Shown: piece after piece, positions 28,971 to 41,969 of the stretch
Numbering within the stretch: the first letter of the stretch is position 1
How the letters are laid out: each line of letters opens with the position of its first letter
Translations under genes and position numbers: made by a program
Notes under the pieces: generated by a model
Told to the model about the DNA's origin: nothing
Databases searched by the model: none
The model's input: the letters and a program-made list of their open reading frames with translations, nothing else
Source: Mustelus asterias
Taxonomy: Eukaryota
Assembly (NCBI RefSeq): GCF_964213995.1
Contig: NC_135808.1
Location: 65,596,001 to 65,660,000, forward strand
DNA length: 64,000 bases
Direction of reading: 5' to 3'

Positions 28971-29285
28971 ATCGCTTCTCGGCCTTTTGGCTAAGATCAA
29001 GTGTGGTATTGACATGCTGTGCTTGGTTGAAGTCATTAGGTTACATTTTAGCTTCTTTTGAAGCAATTTTTAAAAGCGGCATCTCGGCCTTTTGGCTAAG
29101 ATGCAAATGAGATCAAGCCTTGGAGGAGGTGCAATGCCTGCTCCAATCAGCTTGGATCATGTAGATCAAGCCCAAGACAGGAGGTGAGAGCCCTGTCTTG
29201 TCAGCTTGGATCGGGAATGTCTCAACTTGTTGAGACTCTGAATTGGACTTGATTTGATTGAACTGGAATAAAAACAAAAAAAAAA
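28971..29285 (+). mobile_element. U2 snRNA-headed, poly(A)-tailed retroposed element (candidate SINEU-like SINE or U2 chimera)
   Basis: 28971-29004 is identical to U2 nt 1-34 (ATCGCTTCTCGGCCTTTTGGCTAAGATCAAGTGT). A second U2 piece (nt 7-27) is at 29082-29102. The body has several hairpins, AATAAA at 29267 and an A-tail to 29285. Confidence 0.75.
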
Positions 29286-31570
29286 TGGCAGGAATAGTTT
29301 TATTACTGTCTGACCAGCTTGATACATACCTGTTAAATCGAGACAAAAATGTTAACTCTTGGTTCGTCTTATCTAACTTTTCCCATTCCCTCTTATGCCC
29401 CCACCCCGTTTATTTTAACTTTACTTGTTCCATATTTCTGTTTGATCCCACCAATGTGTTTTATTCTTTTTATCCCCTTTCTTTTGTCCATTTCCAGGTC
29501 ACAATAGCTATTGTGTAGGTAATAATCATATCAAACTAACTGGAGTTAGCTAAAAACCAAATCTGAAATGGGTCAACTTTTTCCTTCCAGTTAATAGTGG
29601 TCTAAAATTCTGAAGGATGATTTTGTTGTGTCTATGAGAGTGACCACCTAAGTCTTTGACCATCTTTCTTCTAGCTACTAAGGGAGAGAGGTATTATTAG
29701 TTTCTGTGATCTAATCATGCCTAGTGCTCTGTGACATGCAATTTCTAATAGTTTGTCACAGATAAACTCAATAGTCCACTATAAAATCAGACTTTGGAAT
29801 CTGATTGAATGGAAAATATTTTTGTCCTATTTGTAATTGTTGTTCACCCACCCGCTGGATTACAGAAATTTGTGAAATGTGTAAAACTATTGCCTATGGC
29901 ATTTCTCTGCTAGTTAACTGACCTTTCCTTCACCTTTAGGGAGATGCCTTTCATTATTTTGTTCAGCATTCTGGCACCAGAATCAATAAATCATGAAGAT
30001 CACAAAAGGGTTTATTTAACAATCTTGAAACAAGCTGTTTAAAACTTCATAATGGCAACTTCTTTTTGACACTTGTATTTGGTTCTAAAATAGTTGTAAT
30101 TTATCCTGTCTCCCCCCGGGCTGAATTTTACTTGCCCTTAGTGGGCGTGTTTCCTATGGTGGCGGGGGGGGAAGCTTTTGACCCTAATAATATGCTGCCC
30201 ATGGCATAATACGCTTGGAGTGGACAGCAGGATGGAATCAGGAATCCCGATTTTTAAACTTAAGTAAAGGGTGGGAAGGAAAGTGGGTGGGGGGAGGGGG
30301 GGTCATTTTTCAGAGGCTGCTCTTTGCTGGTAGCAGGTTGACCCTGCTTAGATTGTACCCTCCTTGTTCCTACCCGCTCCTTTTCTTAAACCCACCCTCT
30401 TCTCCCTCCCCAGCCTTTCTCCCTCATGCTCCTAAACCCTACCGGCCCAAGACCCCGGACTTGCCTGCTCCTGGGGTCCTACATTTCAGACTCCCCTCTT
30501 TAGCTGCAGTCCCGGCAGCTGCCGCTGATGCTCTCCTGGCACTATTGGCACTGGCTGACAGCTCTGCAGGGTGGGACTTCTGCGCCAAGAGGGTCGGATG
30601 ACCCATTCAGCCCTGGTTAATAAGCCCAGCAGCACTTTATTATCATGGGGCTGCTCAGCGTGGACACAGTTAGCTTCACACCAAGGTGGTTTCTGGGAGA
30701 TCTGCCGTCCGTGCCCCCAAACTATTCAACCCCTTGTTTCTGTTTTTTCATTTATGTTAAGATCGTGGTATCATAACTTCTTGGAAGTTTGTGTTAGAGT
30801 GCTTTGAAACATTAGTTATTTGAGAGTTATGTATAGTACTACAGCCACTGATATGTAACAGAGTTCAATTGAATGGGTGTGTAAATAACAAAATGTGTTT
30901 TGAGAGGAAAAGGAGTCCTTAAAGATTCATGCAAGGATATTTCTAATTTGTGTAGATACTTCATTTTTAATTAAACTGCATTTAAAGCTTTGTAATTTTT
31001 CACTTAGAATGTGCTGCCTTCATGCATTTGACTTTTATTTAAATGTGAACTTTATATTTAAGCAGCTACAGATTTCATTCATTATCATCTAAAAACAGTG
31101 ATGTCAGTGATGTAGGTTTATTTAAGAAATTCCTTGATTCGTTATTGCTCCATTCCAGTATGTGCAACACCAAAGAGACAAAGTTCACAGCGAAGCTTCA
31201 TAAATTCAGATACATAATTATTTTGATTCAATTTATTATTTTAAGAATTATTTTATTTGTTTTGAAATGTATGGTCTTTATTAAAATTTGAAGGTCCTGC
31301 ACGTACATTGCTACACAGGCGGAGCCAGTACTACACACCAGGAACATGAGCACAAAACCTAGACCGACATTCCAGTGTGTTATTGAGGTAGTGCAGCACT
31401 GTCACAGTTCCTCTCCTTTAAATGAGACATTAAACTGAGGCCCCTTTAGCCCTTACATTTTGACATTAAAAATCCCATAGTACTTTTTCAAAAAAGACCA
31501 CTGGTGTTCTGGCCAACATTTATCCCTAAACCAACATTAATAACAAATAGATTGCGATCATTGTCACATT

Positions 31571-33458
31571 GAGCAAAGAACAATACAGCACAGGAACAGG
31601 CCCTTCGGCCCAACAAGTCTGTGCTGACAGATGTCTCGCAAATCTAATATTTTCTTGCCTCTACGTGGTCCATATCCCTCTATTCCCTGCCTATTCATGT
31701 ATCTATCCAGATGCCTCTTGAACGTTGTTATAGAAACGGCTTCCACCACCACCTCTGGCAGCATGTTTTAGGCATTCACCACCCTCTGTGTGAAAAACTT
31801 ACCCCTTACATCTCTTTCAAACTTTCCCCCTCTCACTTTCAACCTATATTCCCGAGTAATTGACCCTTCGACCCTGGGGGAAAAAACTGACTATCCACTT
31901 GGGTCCCCCCTCATCCTCCGACGCTCCAATGAAAACGAACCAAGTTTGTTCAACCTTTCTTCATAGTCCATATCCTCCAAACCAGGCAACGTTATGTTAA
32001 AACTCTTTCCAATGCATTAACATACTTCTGGTAGTGTGGCGATCAGAATACACCAAATGCAGCCTAACCAAAGTCTTCTACAGCTGCAACATGATTTTGC
32101 AAATCCTGTACTCAGTGCCACAACCGATGAAGGCCAGCATGCCATACGCCTTCTTGACTACCTTGTCCACCTGAGTTGCCACCTTCAGGGAACTGTGGAT
32201 CTGCACGCCTAGATCCCTCTATGCTAATATTTCTAAGGGCTCTACCATTTACTGTATATTTTCCTTCTGCAGTAGACCTTCCAAATTGCATCACCTCTCA
32301 TTTGTCCGGGTTAAATTCAATTTGCCACCTTTCAGCCCAGGTCTCCAGCCGATTTACATGTGACAATCCCCCTCACTATCCGCTACTCCCCCAATGTTTG
32401 TATCATCTGCAAATTTACTATTCAGACCGCCTACATTTTCCTCCAAATCAAATATATATATTACAAAACAGAAGTCCTAGCACTGGCCCTTGTAGAACAC
32501 CGCTTGTCACAGACCTCCAGTTAGAAAAATACCCTTCCACTGCTACTCTCTGCTTTCTATGCCCAAGCCAATTTTGTATCCATCTTATCAACTCACCTCG
32601 GATCCCCTATGACTTCACCTTCTGTATCAGACTGCCATGAGGAATCTTATCGAAGGCTTTACTAAAGTCCATGTCTACAACATTCACTGCCCTGCCCTAG
32701 TCAATTTTTTTTGTCACTTCCTCGAAGATCTCAATCAAGTTTGTGAGACATGACCTCCCCTTCACAAAACCATGCTGCCTATTGCTAATAAGCCTATTCT
32801 CTTCCAGATGTGAGTACATCCTCTCCCTAAGAATCTTCTCCAATAATTTCTCCAGCACTGATGTAAGGCTCACCGGCCTGTAATTTCCCGGATTGTTTAT
32901 TCTGCCTTTCTTAAACAGGAACAATGTTAGCTACTGTCCAATCCTCTGGTACCTCGCCTATGGCTGAAGAGGATACAAAGATTTTGGCCAAGGCCTCAGC
33001 AATTTCTTCCCTCGCCCCTCTCAGTATTCTGGGATAGGCCTTATCTGACCCTGGGGACTTGTCCACCTTAATGTTTTTCAAAGCCTCCAATACCACCTCC
33101 CTTTTTATCTCAACAGGTCCTAGAATGTCAACATTCCCCTTTCTGCATTCGCCATCCACCATATCCTTCTCCTTTGTGAATACTGATGCAAAGTACTTGT
33201 TAAGGACCTCACCCACCTCATCTGGATCCAGACACAAATGCCCTCCACTGCCCATGAGTGGACCTATCCTTTCCTTAGATTTCACCTTATATACGCATAA
33301 AAAGCCATGGGATTCTCCTTAATCCTGCCTGCCAAGGACATTTCTTGGTCCCTGTTTAAGCTCTTCTCTGCTATCTTTGTAATCCTCAAGAGCCTTATCT
33401 GTTTTCAATTTCCTGAAATTTATGTTTAAGTATGCCTCCTTTTTTCACTAAGCTCACA
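31571..33458 (-). mobile_element. CR1 LINE ORF2 fragment inserted into a Deu-type SINE
   Basis: ORF pieces KVDKSPGSD..YPRIL, PGNYRPVSLTSVLEKLLEKI..QHGFVKGRSCLTNLIE and FKRHLDRYM, with a ttgttct tail at 31571-31585. Confidence 0.93.
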
Positions 33459-34014
33459 ATCACAAGTGCGGTTGTGGGAGCTTGCTGTGCACAAATTCTT
33501 GCCATATTTTGTATATTACAAGGGTGGCTACATTTTAAAAGTACTTGATAGATTTAAAGCACTTTCGGACATCCTGAGGCCATGAAATACACTATTTAAC
33601 TGCAGTTCTTTTACTGGCAAATGTAGTATAATAGGGATGCAAAAGAGATGTAAGAGGCTTAGTAAAGAAGGACACCTACTTATGTTGCTATTTATTTTAG
33701 AAGATACTTCTCCTAGTATATAGGTAGATGTATCTGTTCAAAAGCATGCCAAATGTGTCCGTGCCTAGTTTCACATGACTGGATTACTTATAAAAGTGTT
33801 TCTTAAATCCTCAATATAACTAAAACATTATAAGCACACATTAAAACTTTGATGCTCAGAAGAAGCAACAATGAAAAATACACAAGACCATAGTTCAGTA
33901 CACATTTCCTAAATTACACAAAAATCTGTATTTACAGATTAACACTATTTAGCAATGGTTCTGGAAAGATTGCAGTGTACTACTGTTTTGACTATGTTAA
34001 CGTTTTCCTTTCAG

Positions 34015-34066
34015 ATGAAAGTCATCATATCAGTGGTCGTTGTAGTTGTCTTGTTGGTCATCATCA
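34015..34066 (+). CDS. VAMP4: VAMP4 transmembrane exon
   Basis: Acceptor cgttttcctttcag and donor A|gtaagt. The 52 nt (phase 0 in, phase 1 out) read MKVIISVVVVVVLLVII(I), a hydrophobic anchor. Confidence 0.93.
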
Positions 34067-34689
34067 GTAAGTATCCTTATAATTTTAAAGTAAGTACAAG
34101 CCCTTAAATTCTGTACTGACTATATAATGTTCAAGTTGGAATTCCTCTTCAGCCAGGCTATTCTGACATGTATATGTCAAGAAAGACCATATTATTTATT
34201 TCCCAATATTCTGGTAGAAAGGTAATAAACAGCTTTCAGTGCAGTGTGCATCATTTATCACTTCTTCCAATGACTCTATGCATGTGACCCTTTATCACAA
34301 TACATATCTATTTTTAAAAAACACTTAAGAATAAGAAACATCTAACAATGACTTAAGTCTACAATTCATATATCCATTGGCTATTGAGGAAGTCAATGTG
34401 AGGAAAAAGTTAAATAGGCAAGATAAAATTAATTATGTGAGAGAATTAATTAAATCTATTCTATTTCAATTTATTTTCAGGAACATTGAAATTAATAGAA
34501 TGCAAATCGGATTATTTTAAATTCTGTTTGTCTCATTCTCAATTAATAATTGTAAGGAACCACTGTTCTTTACTGGTCGTTTTACTTGTCAACAAGTTTC
34601 TCTTAAGATAATATTTATGTGGTGTTATGCAGGCTTTTCCAAATAACCAATAAAAATATTTTAACAAATTATTTTTCATCTCCTTGCAG

Positions 34690-34718
34690 TACCAGTAATT
34701 TTGAAGAATCGCTCCTGA
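34690..34718 (+). CDS. VAMP4: VAMP4 terminal coding exon to stop codon
   Basis: Acceptor atttttcatctccttgcag, then TA CCA GTA ATT TTG AAG AAT CGC TCC TGA = (I)PVILKNRS*. Same length and character as the mammalian C-terminus ILIVMKYRT*. Confidence 0.9.
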
Positions 34719-35552
34719 TGACAAGACATGTCCAGCATTAACGCAGGAAAGTTACTGCCTCAATCTCTAGAAACTACGAGAGATTTGTACAAAATATCTC
34801 AGTTATTGTAAATAAGGAGTATGTTTCTGTCTGTCTTTCACAGAAGAAAACTATTTATGGGTACTCATTGCAATGAGCACCCTTCTGGAATAGGGGACCA
34901 ATATGGTATAAACTGCTGTCTACAGGAAGATAGACTATTTCCTTTAGGATGTATTGCATAATAGCCATGAAAGGTTTTTTTGCCCCTCACTATTACTGTG
35001 AGACCTCGTACCTAAATGTGCCGTCAACAACTTTCCCCCCACCCCAATTTTCTCTCAAGGACACTGGTTCACATTTGGAGTATGGTTCCACAGATGCAGA
35101 CCCTCGTTTGGTCCCTTCCTCAAGTCTTTGTGTATGAGTTGAATCAGTGAATAAGCATTGTTACATCACAACAAAGCCAAAACCTGAGCACATTATGGTT
35201 CTTCCAGCAGGAGGGAACGAGTGGGAATCCTGGCTAGTTTCTTTTCCCTTCTCCATAGCCCAATGGGGATTGCGGCTTGTTGTGCCCAATCTGCCATTCT
35301 GGCTAGCTTAATGTCATCCTGGATTGAATCTGGGACCTCTTTTGGTTTGGGTGGTTCAGTACTAAACCAGGAGGTACAATAATCCACTAAACTTGTTAGA
35401 GAAGCAGTTAAAGTATATGATGAACTAAATGAGGATTGAGTGGATTCTACACTGAAAAAAGGATCAATGGTTTTCCAATAGTTCCCTATTTCTGAGCAGA
35501 ATCTATTTTGTCATAGACTATATCTATTAAGAGATTATATGGACTAGTCTGT

Positions 35553-35616
35553 AATAAATTATATGCAACCATTTTCTGACTGTCAAACTGTTGTGTTTTA
35601 CTTTGTGTGCTCTTTT
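35553..35616 (+). terminator. Candidate VAMP4 polyadenylation signal
   Basis: AATAAA at 35553-35558, followed about 30 nt later by a GU/U-rich tract (tgttgtgttttactttgtgtgctctttt). It lies about 0.8 kb after the stop. Other AATAAA hexamers exist further downstream. Confidence 0.4.
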
Positions 35617-35687
35617 ATTCTGTTATTTAAAACCCGTCTTTATGTTCAAAAATTTTGCAATTCATTTTTTCATTTAAAAAACACAAT

Positions 35688-35822
35688 GGCCAGAATTCTC
35701 CGATCTCGTGTGCCTCGCCATCGCTGTTAGTGAGAACGGAGAATTTGGCGCTCAGCCAAAACTTCACTCACTGCATGGGACCGGAGCATCCCAGCCGCGG
35801 GCGAGATCAGAGAATTATGGTC
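35688..35822. mobile_element. PIF/Harbinger-type MITE
   Basis: About 21-bp imperfect TIRs ggccagaattctccgatctcg / cgagatcagagaattatggtc, with a 3-bp TSD AAT on both sides. Confidence 0.75.
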
Positions 35823-38800
35823 AATGCCTGACAGATCAGCCAGATTGCCACTTGCACATAGTGTTTGGTGACTAGCTTCACTTACAGCCCAGTTTGGTGG
35901 GACATGTTATTTTTTGCTTTTGATATCATGAGTGAAATTACCGGTAACAAGCATTCTCGCACAGTCCGTGCCATAGATCAGTTGCAATGTGACTACATCT
36001 GTGTAAATTGAATTTTAAGATCATATAAAACTAACATTATAAAAGTGCTCTGACAATCTGTGCTGCTTTTAAATTTCTAATACTAGAAAATAGTTGACTC
36101 AATTTTGACATTGGTATTGGCAAACTAAACCAATTGAATGCACCTAAAGAGAATTCTGCTGTCCCCTGGTTTGAGAGGGCATAACTAGAAAACATAACCA
36201 TGATTAAGAAATGCTCCAGATATAGTGCTGCTGGGTGCACTGCATTGGGATGTAAAATGGTGCAGTACATCCAGTTACATGCTGATTTAGACTGCTGTTT
36301 TAAAAAGATAAAATACTCAATTCTTCATTATTTCTTGGCTTAGCTATCATCTTTTAAAAGTGTGAGCGTAACATTTTGAAGTCCGTGAGGATCTTGCTAA
36401 GTTAAGCATGCAAAGGAAAACTGTGTTGCATCTGTTGCAGTTTGTCACACCCCCATGTCAGTTGCAAAATTATTTTTTTTTAAATGTAAGAGAGTCAGTC
36501 ATTGATCCAGAGCCTGAAACTTAGATGAATTTACAACCGCGAATGAATTGATCGCTGCGATTTGTAAATAGGTGCACTATCTTGAGTTTGGCTGTTTAAA
36601 GCGTTGGCCTTCATGGTGGAGGTAGGATGGCAAATAAATAACAAAAATGCTCCAGGCTCCAGACCCCAGACCAGCCATATGATGACTAATGGCATAAGAT
36701 TTGCCTGAATCAAACATTGTGTGATTTCAGCAATAGTTTTCTTTTTAAATAACTTGGACTTAAATGGATTTTTCTTCATTTGATTGTAATGCCTGTTGGT
36801 CAGACTTATAATACAGATGAATTGGCAGTCCAGAGTATTTTTTGCTGCCTTAATTTTCAAGTTGAACCCAATACATGGTTGAGGCATTGCAGGGTCTTCA
36901 TACTTGGGTCAAAAGAAGTGTAAAATTTGGGAGAACAGAGAGGAGTTTTACAAGTTTGCAACCAAGAAAACCAAGCATTCTGGAGAGTAGCCAAGTAAAA
37001 TACAAGATTGTGAAACAGTAGACATTTCCATTGAATGCTTACAAATGTAATTTGTGAATGAGAGGTTTGTTTGCCTGCTAAAGCAGCAATAAAAAAGAAT
37101 ACAGTTGAGCACAGTTTGGGAAAATGATTCAGCACTTTATGTTTCAAGTGCACTTTTAACAATTTTTAAAAATTTTACTTTTAGGAATGTTGAACAGAAG
37201 GTGATGGTCACTAATTTCAGGGACAGTTGGATGGTGATCAGAGATGTAGTTATTTAAACAAGTTGCCATTTAAGATGAGATTTTGCGTGACTATTATATA
37301 GTGCAAAATAACATAGCAGTATGTGATGAGTGTAAAATGGCATGCACACACTGATCGATCAGACAAATAGTCACTTAAATAGTCCTCCATGGCCCCATTC
37401 ATTTTGATTGAAGACCAAACTCGGTGATGGCACTGGAGAGTTGTGGAAGAGCTGATTCTTTTAAAAAGAAACATGCTCCATTTTAATTTTGTACATAGTA
37501 ATTGTTTAGAAACATTATAGTGTCAATCTGCAAACATGATGGCACTTTGTCAATTTCAGCCAGGAGGAAGCCATGTTTCCCACAGGAAGTTATTTCAAGA
37601 CTGCACTTGAAAGGTGCCTTGCGAGACAAGAGACTCTTGATTTACAGCCATGGTTGCTGATAGCAGTGTTGATGAGTCTCTTTATGTACCCAGTTTTAGT
37701 CCTTTACCAATTCACCTCTTGAGAAATGTTCCTGATTTTGTTGAACTTTTGTGGAGATCCACGGAAGAATCGGTTAGTTCAGCATGATCATCTTCTGATT
37801 ACTGAATCCTGACTGAACAAATGATCAGCATCAAAGAGTGGTCAGTACAACCAGCTTGAGCAGATCATAAGTGCTGGAAAATTATAGCGCTCAATGTAAT
37901 TAGGGGTTTAACATTTTAGCAGCATCTGTATCAACTAATAATAATGTCAAGAATGATCAGGAGATGTCCCTGAACCAAGTGGGTAGGAACACCCAGATAA
38001 GTGAAAATGCTAACTCTATAATGTCATCCACTTTAGTGTAGAAATGTTTTATTCATCTGCGATGAACATTTGATCCATGATGCCTATAAAGCAGACTGGG
38101 AAGCGAACAATTCTTTACCTACAGCAGACTTGAGTACAGAGCATGCCCTATACATTAATTATACCTTGGACAAATAATGAGCTGATAATGCTGGCCTTTA
38201 AAATAATGTATATATTTAATATTTGTAAAAGAGGGACTAGGCGTTATTGATCTGCTATCATTTGCAAATCAATAGATTTTCACTTGAAAAGAATGTTGCC
38301 TTTTTGTAATTTTACACTTCAATTGAATACACATTTCTGCTTCTTGCTGTAAAGTTAGCAGGAATTTATTGTATTGGACTCTGTATAAAGCCTTTATGGA
38401 ATATTTAATAAAGAAGGAAAAAGAGCACACAAGCAATTTATTTCTGTTAGTTACTCCATTGTCAGTTTTAATCGACAAGCTTCAAAAGGTTGTGATGGAG
38501 CACATTATAAGAACTTTAGTGTTTAAATAGTTTTTCTCTCTTTCTCCCCACAGTCATTGATTGATGGTCTGCAGATCTGTTCAAGTCCTGTTGAAATAAC
38601 CATTGACCTAAAGAAAATCCAAACTGAAATGGGTTTCATTCGTAATCCTAATCAAGGGTAACTCCTTTCTCACAATGCAGTTTAATGTGTACCCTTTGGA
38701 ATTCAATATTGACCCAATTAAAATTATCCACGTAATGAGCAATTCTAAACATGATTACTTTTTCCCCCTTGTACAGTATTTGAATTTTCAGTTTGCAAAA

Positions 38801-41800
38801 TGTCTGCAACATATCTACACATGTATGTTTGTACAGCCTTCTCCCTTCAGCTCACTCCTTTCACCCTCAGCACATGAATCGATAGGGGTCATACTCGCAG
38901 GACTTTGCCAGTGCCATTTTGTACATTACTTCAAGTTAGTCTGTTATTTGGCTTGGATCATACTTGTGCAATGATTTTCCTCCTTTATTGTACTGCCATC
39001 CCTATTGCCCGTCTCCTCAACTTCCTGTCCACTTATAATTGGCAGTTGGCTGGGTCACAGTGAGAACTCACGTGCTGGTTAGGTGCATTGGACGTGCTAA
39101 ATTCTCCCTCAGCGTATCCGGATAGACACCAGTGTGTGGCGACTAGGAGATTTTCACAGTAACTTCATTGTAGTGTTAATGTAAGCCTACTTGTGACTAA
39201 TAAATAAACTTTTATAAAATCTATAGTGCAGGCTGTTGATGTACCCATGGAATTATCAGGGCCCAAGATTTTGTTTTGTACCTTTCACTGTTAACCAGAA
39301 GTGATGTAATGGTCTTGGTGCTACACATTCCCTCGCCGCTATTCCATGCAGGCCCTGGCAATCTGGGTGGCAGAAATTTGAGTAGGATTGCAGAAGGATT
39401 CGGAGGTTATGCAAAGCCTGACAGGGACTGACATGAGCCTTCACTCTGTGGTCCCCAGTGGTGTGGTGGCAATTGTGAAGAAACCGAAACCCTCTTAAGA
39501 CGCATTGTAAAAAGACTTGAATATTTACGGAGCTTGAAGTGTCAAATTTTGTTTTGTGTTGTAACTGTGTATTTTAATGCAATAGTATTTTTTAGTCACT
39601 ATGATTGCAGATCACCCTTCACTTATTATGTATAATATGTCTGGGTGAATGCAAGGACAATTTGACAGCATGCCCTGAGCCATGAGGGAAACTACTGAGT
39701 ATTGATCTAATTTCCAGGTAAAATAGTAAATCATTTTATTGCCTGTTTATTTTTATAATTTGTGTTGCAACATAACGTGATTTGAACGTTTTCATTCCTT
39801 TGAAAGTTGTACTGAGCTGTGAAAATAAAAAGTTGTTCACTATCACTAAATCCTATTATTTTTTAAAAAGGAAGCACACTCTATTAAAGTAAGAAAATAC
39901 ATATTTCAGGCTAAGTGGTCTCAGTGAAGTTTTTTTCTCCTTTAGCTTCAAGGTAAAATTCCAGTAAATCAACTCATTGAAATCACTGATCTATTGACAT
40001 TCAGTATTGCAATTCACTTGTGGTCCTCAGATTAATGGATAACATTGAAAAATTGTTTCTTCTCTTCCAGACTTTTTTAAAGTTACAAAATGAAAAAAGC
40101 TTAGTCACAAAAGCTGTGCGCAATTTACACTACAGTCTCTCATACTTTGCCCAGTTTATTTAATCATGAGAGTTAAAAGAAAGTTCCAAGAAGTTAAAGC
40201 ACTCCCGTTTTTCCTAATCATTTGTATTTACAGAGAAAGGATTTCAGATTGCCATTCTAACTTTACAATTTGTTATTCCATCTAAACAGTTTTATTTCCT
40301 AACTGGCACTTCCTTGTTCCTGCTAACACCGGAACTATTCTGTTCCATTTATTATCATGATTACCAATAAGTCGTTAGAACTCCCTATTTCCTTCAGTGT
40401 TATGGTTAACCACTATTGATCCAGCATGTGGAGCTAATCAATTTATAAAGCATTGTGTTTTTTTCTAGAAGTCTCTAGTGTACTTTTATTTTTGTACTGG
40501 AGACAGAACTCGTCATCCATTTATATAAACCAAGATTTTTCAAGATCTTGATCATTTTCCCTCTTGGCCAACATTTTTCCAATGCAATTAAAATCTAATG
40601 AAGATTAATTCTGTGCATTTCTCTTCATAACCTGGTAATGATCCAGGAATTGTCCTTTGTGCTCTCCTCTGGATCTTCCCCAGTGTAACCATGATCTTTT
40701 GGATAAAGGTTGTATGCAAGATTCCAATATAGCCATTACTGTGATTGACATGAGTAAAATGTCCCATTTTAACCAAATTGCAAACCATCGAGAACCTTTT
40801 TACTTGATGTGCTTTACTGATTGCTTTGCATTGATTAAGTTGTTTTGAATAAAGTAATTTATATTCACATTGTAGTCAAAGCAGACAATGCTTGTCTAGG
40901 GATTGCGCCTTTTTAAGTTAGTAGCTGATTGCTTTCAGAACAATGAACAAAGAACAATACAGCACGGGAACAGGCCCTTCAGCCCTCCAAGCCTGCACCA
41001 TTCATGTGTTCCTAACTAGACCATCCGTTTGTATCCCTCTGTTCCCAGTCTGTTCATGTGGCTTTCTAGATAAGTCTTAAATGATCCTAACGTGTCTGCC
41101 TCGAAGTTCCGACAAACTGGTGAATTGGATCAGATGGAAACTGCATTTTCTAAATATCCTGTTTATAAGGAAGAAGATACATGCCTTTAAGTAATATGAT
41201 CCCTGTCAATATGTTTAATTATTCTGCACAATTATTGCAGCAAACTCATAATATATCTACATCATACTACTTCAATGCCCAAGTATCTTGAACCAACTTG
41301 CTTCTGAAAGATAGAATGAACCTTTATTCACTTTTTAAAAAGATTAAATGTAAAACCTGAACTTGGCACTGCAGATATGTTTAACTTAAACAAATTGATC
41401 TACTACTTATGTAGGCATGGAATAAACTAAACACAATGGAGACAAAGGCACGATTTTGTAAAAAAGGGCTGTTTATAAAGGAACAGAGATACTGAATGTC
41501 ACTGGCCTTTCTGAACTAGCTGGGCCATGCATTAATGTAGCCTAAATACCAGTGTGTTACACTTCAAACTATTGCTTCCAGCATGGAACAGAGGAAAATG
41601 ATTGTGAACATCACATATATGGTACTAATTTGAGCGCACAATCTAGGTTGACACTTCAGTGCATTACTAAAGAAGTGCTGCACTGTCAAAGGTGCCATCT
41701 TTCAATGAGATGTCAAAACTGCAACCCTGTCTGTTTTCTCAGGTGAACATAAGTTTTCATGGTAGAATTTGAAGGAGCAGCTGAGTTCTCCAAGATGTTC

Positions 41801-41969
41801 TGGCCAATGTTTGTTCCTATGTCTCAACAAACTCCTAAACCTGTTCCTGTTTCTTCTAAAACTCCCTGTTTGAATCCCTCCAGTCAGGTTTCTGTTTCAG
41901 CCACAGTAACAAATTTGCTCTTTAGGATGTTACTTGTGACTTTAATATGTGACACTAACTATGATAAAC

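Noticed and set aside
28971-29010. Functional U2 snRNA gene
   Set aside because: Only about 39 of ~190 nt are present. Stem II, the canonical Sm site and the 3' stem-loops are absent, and the branch-pairing motif is mutated.
32176-33322. Overlapping ORFs of 75-154 aa
   Set aside because: They are sense and antisense readings of a broken CR1 ORF2.
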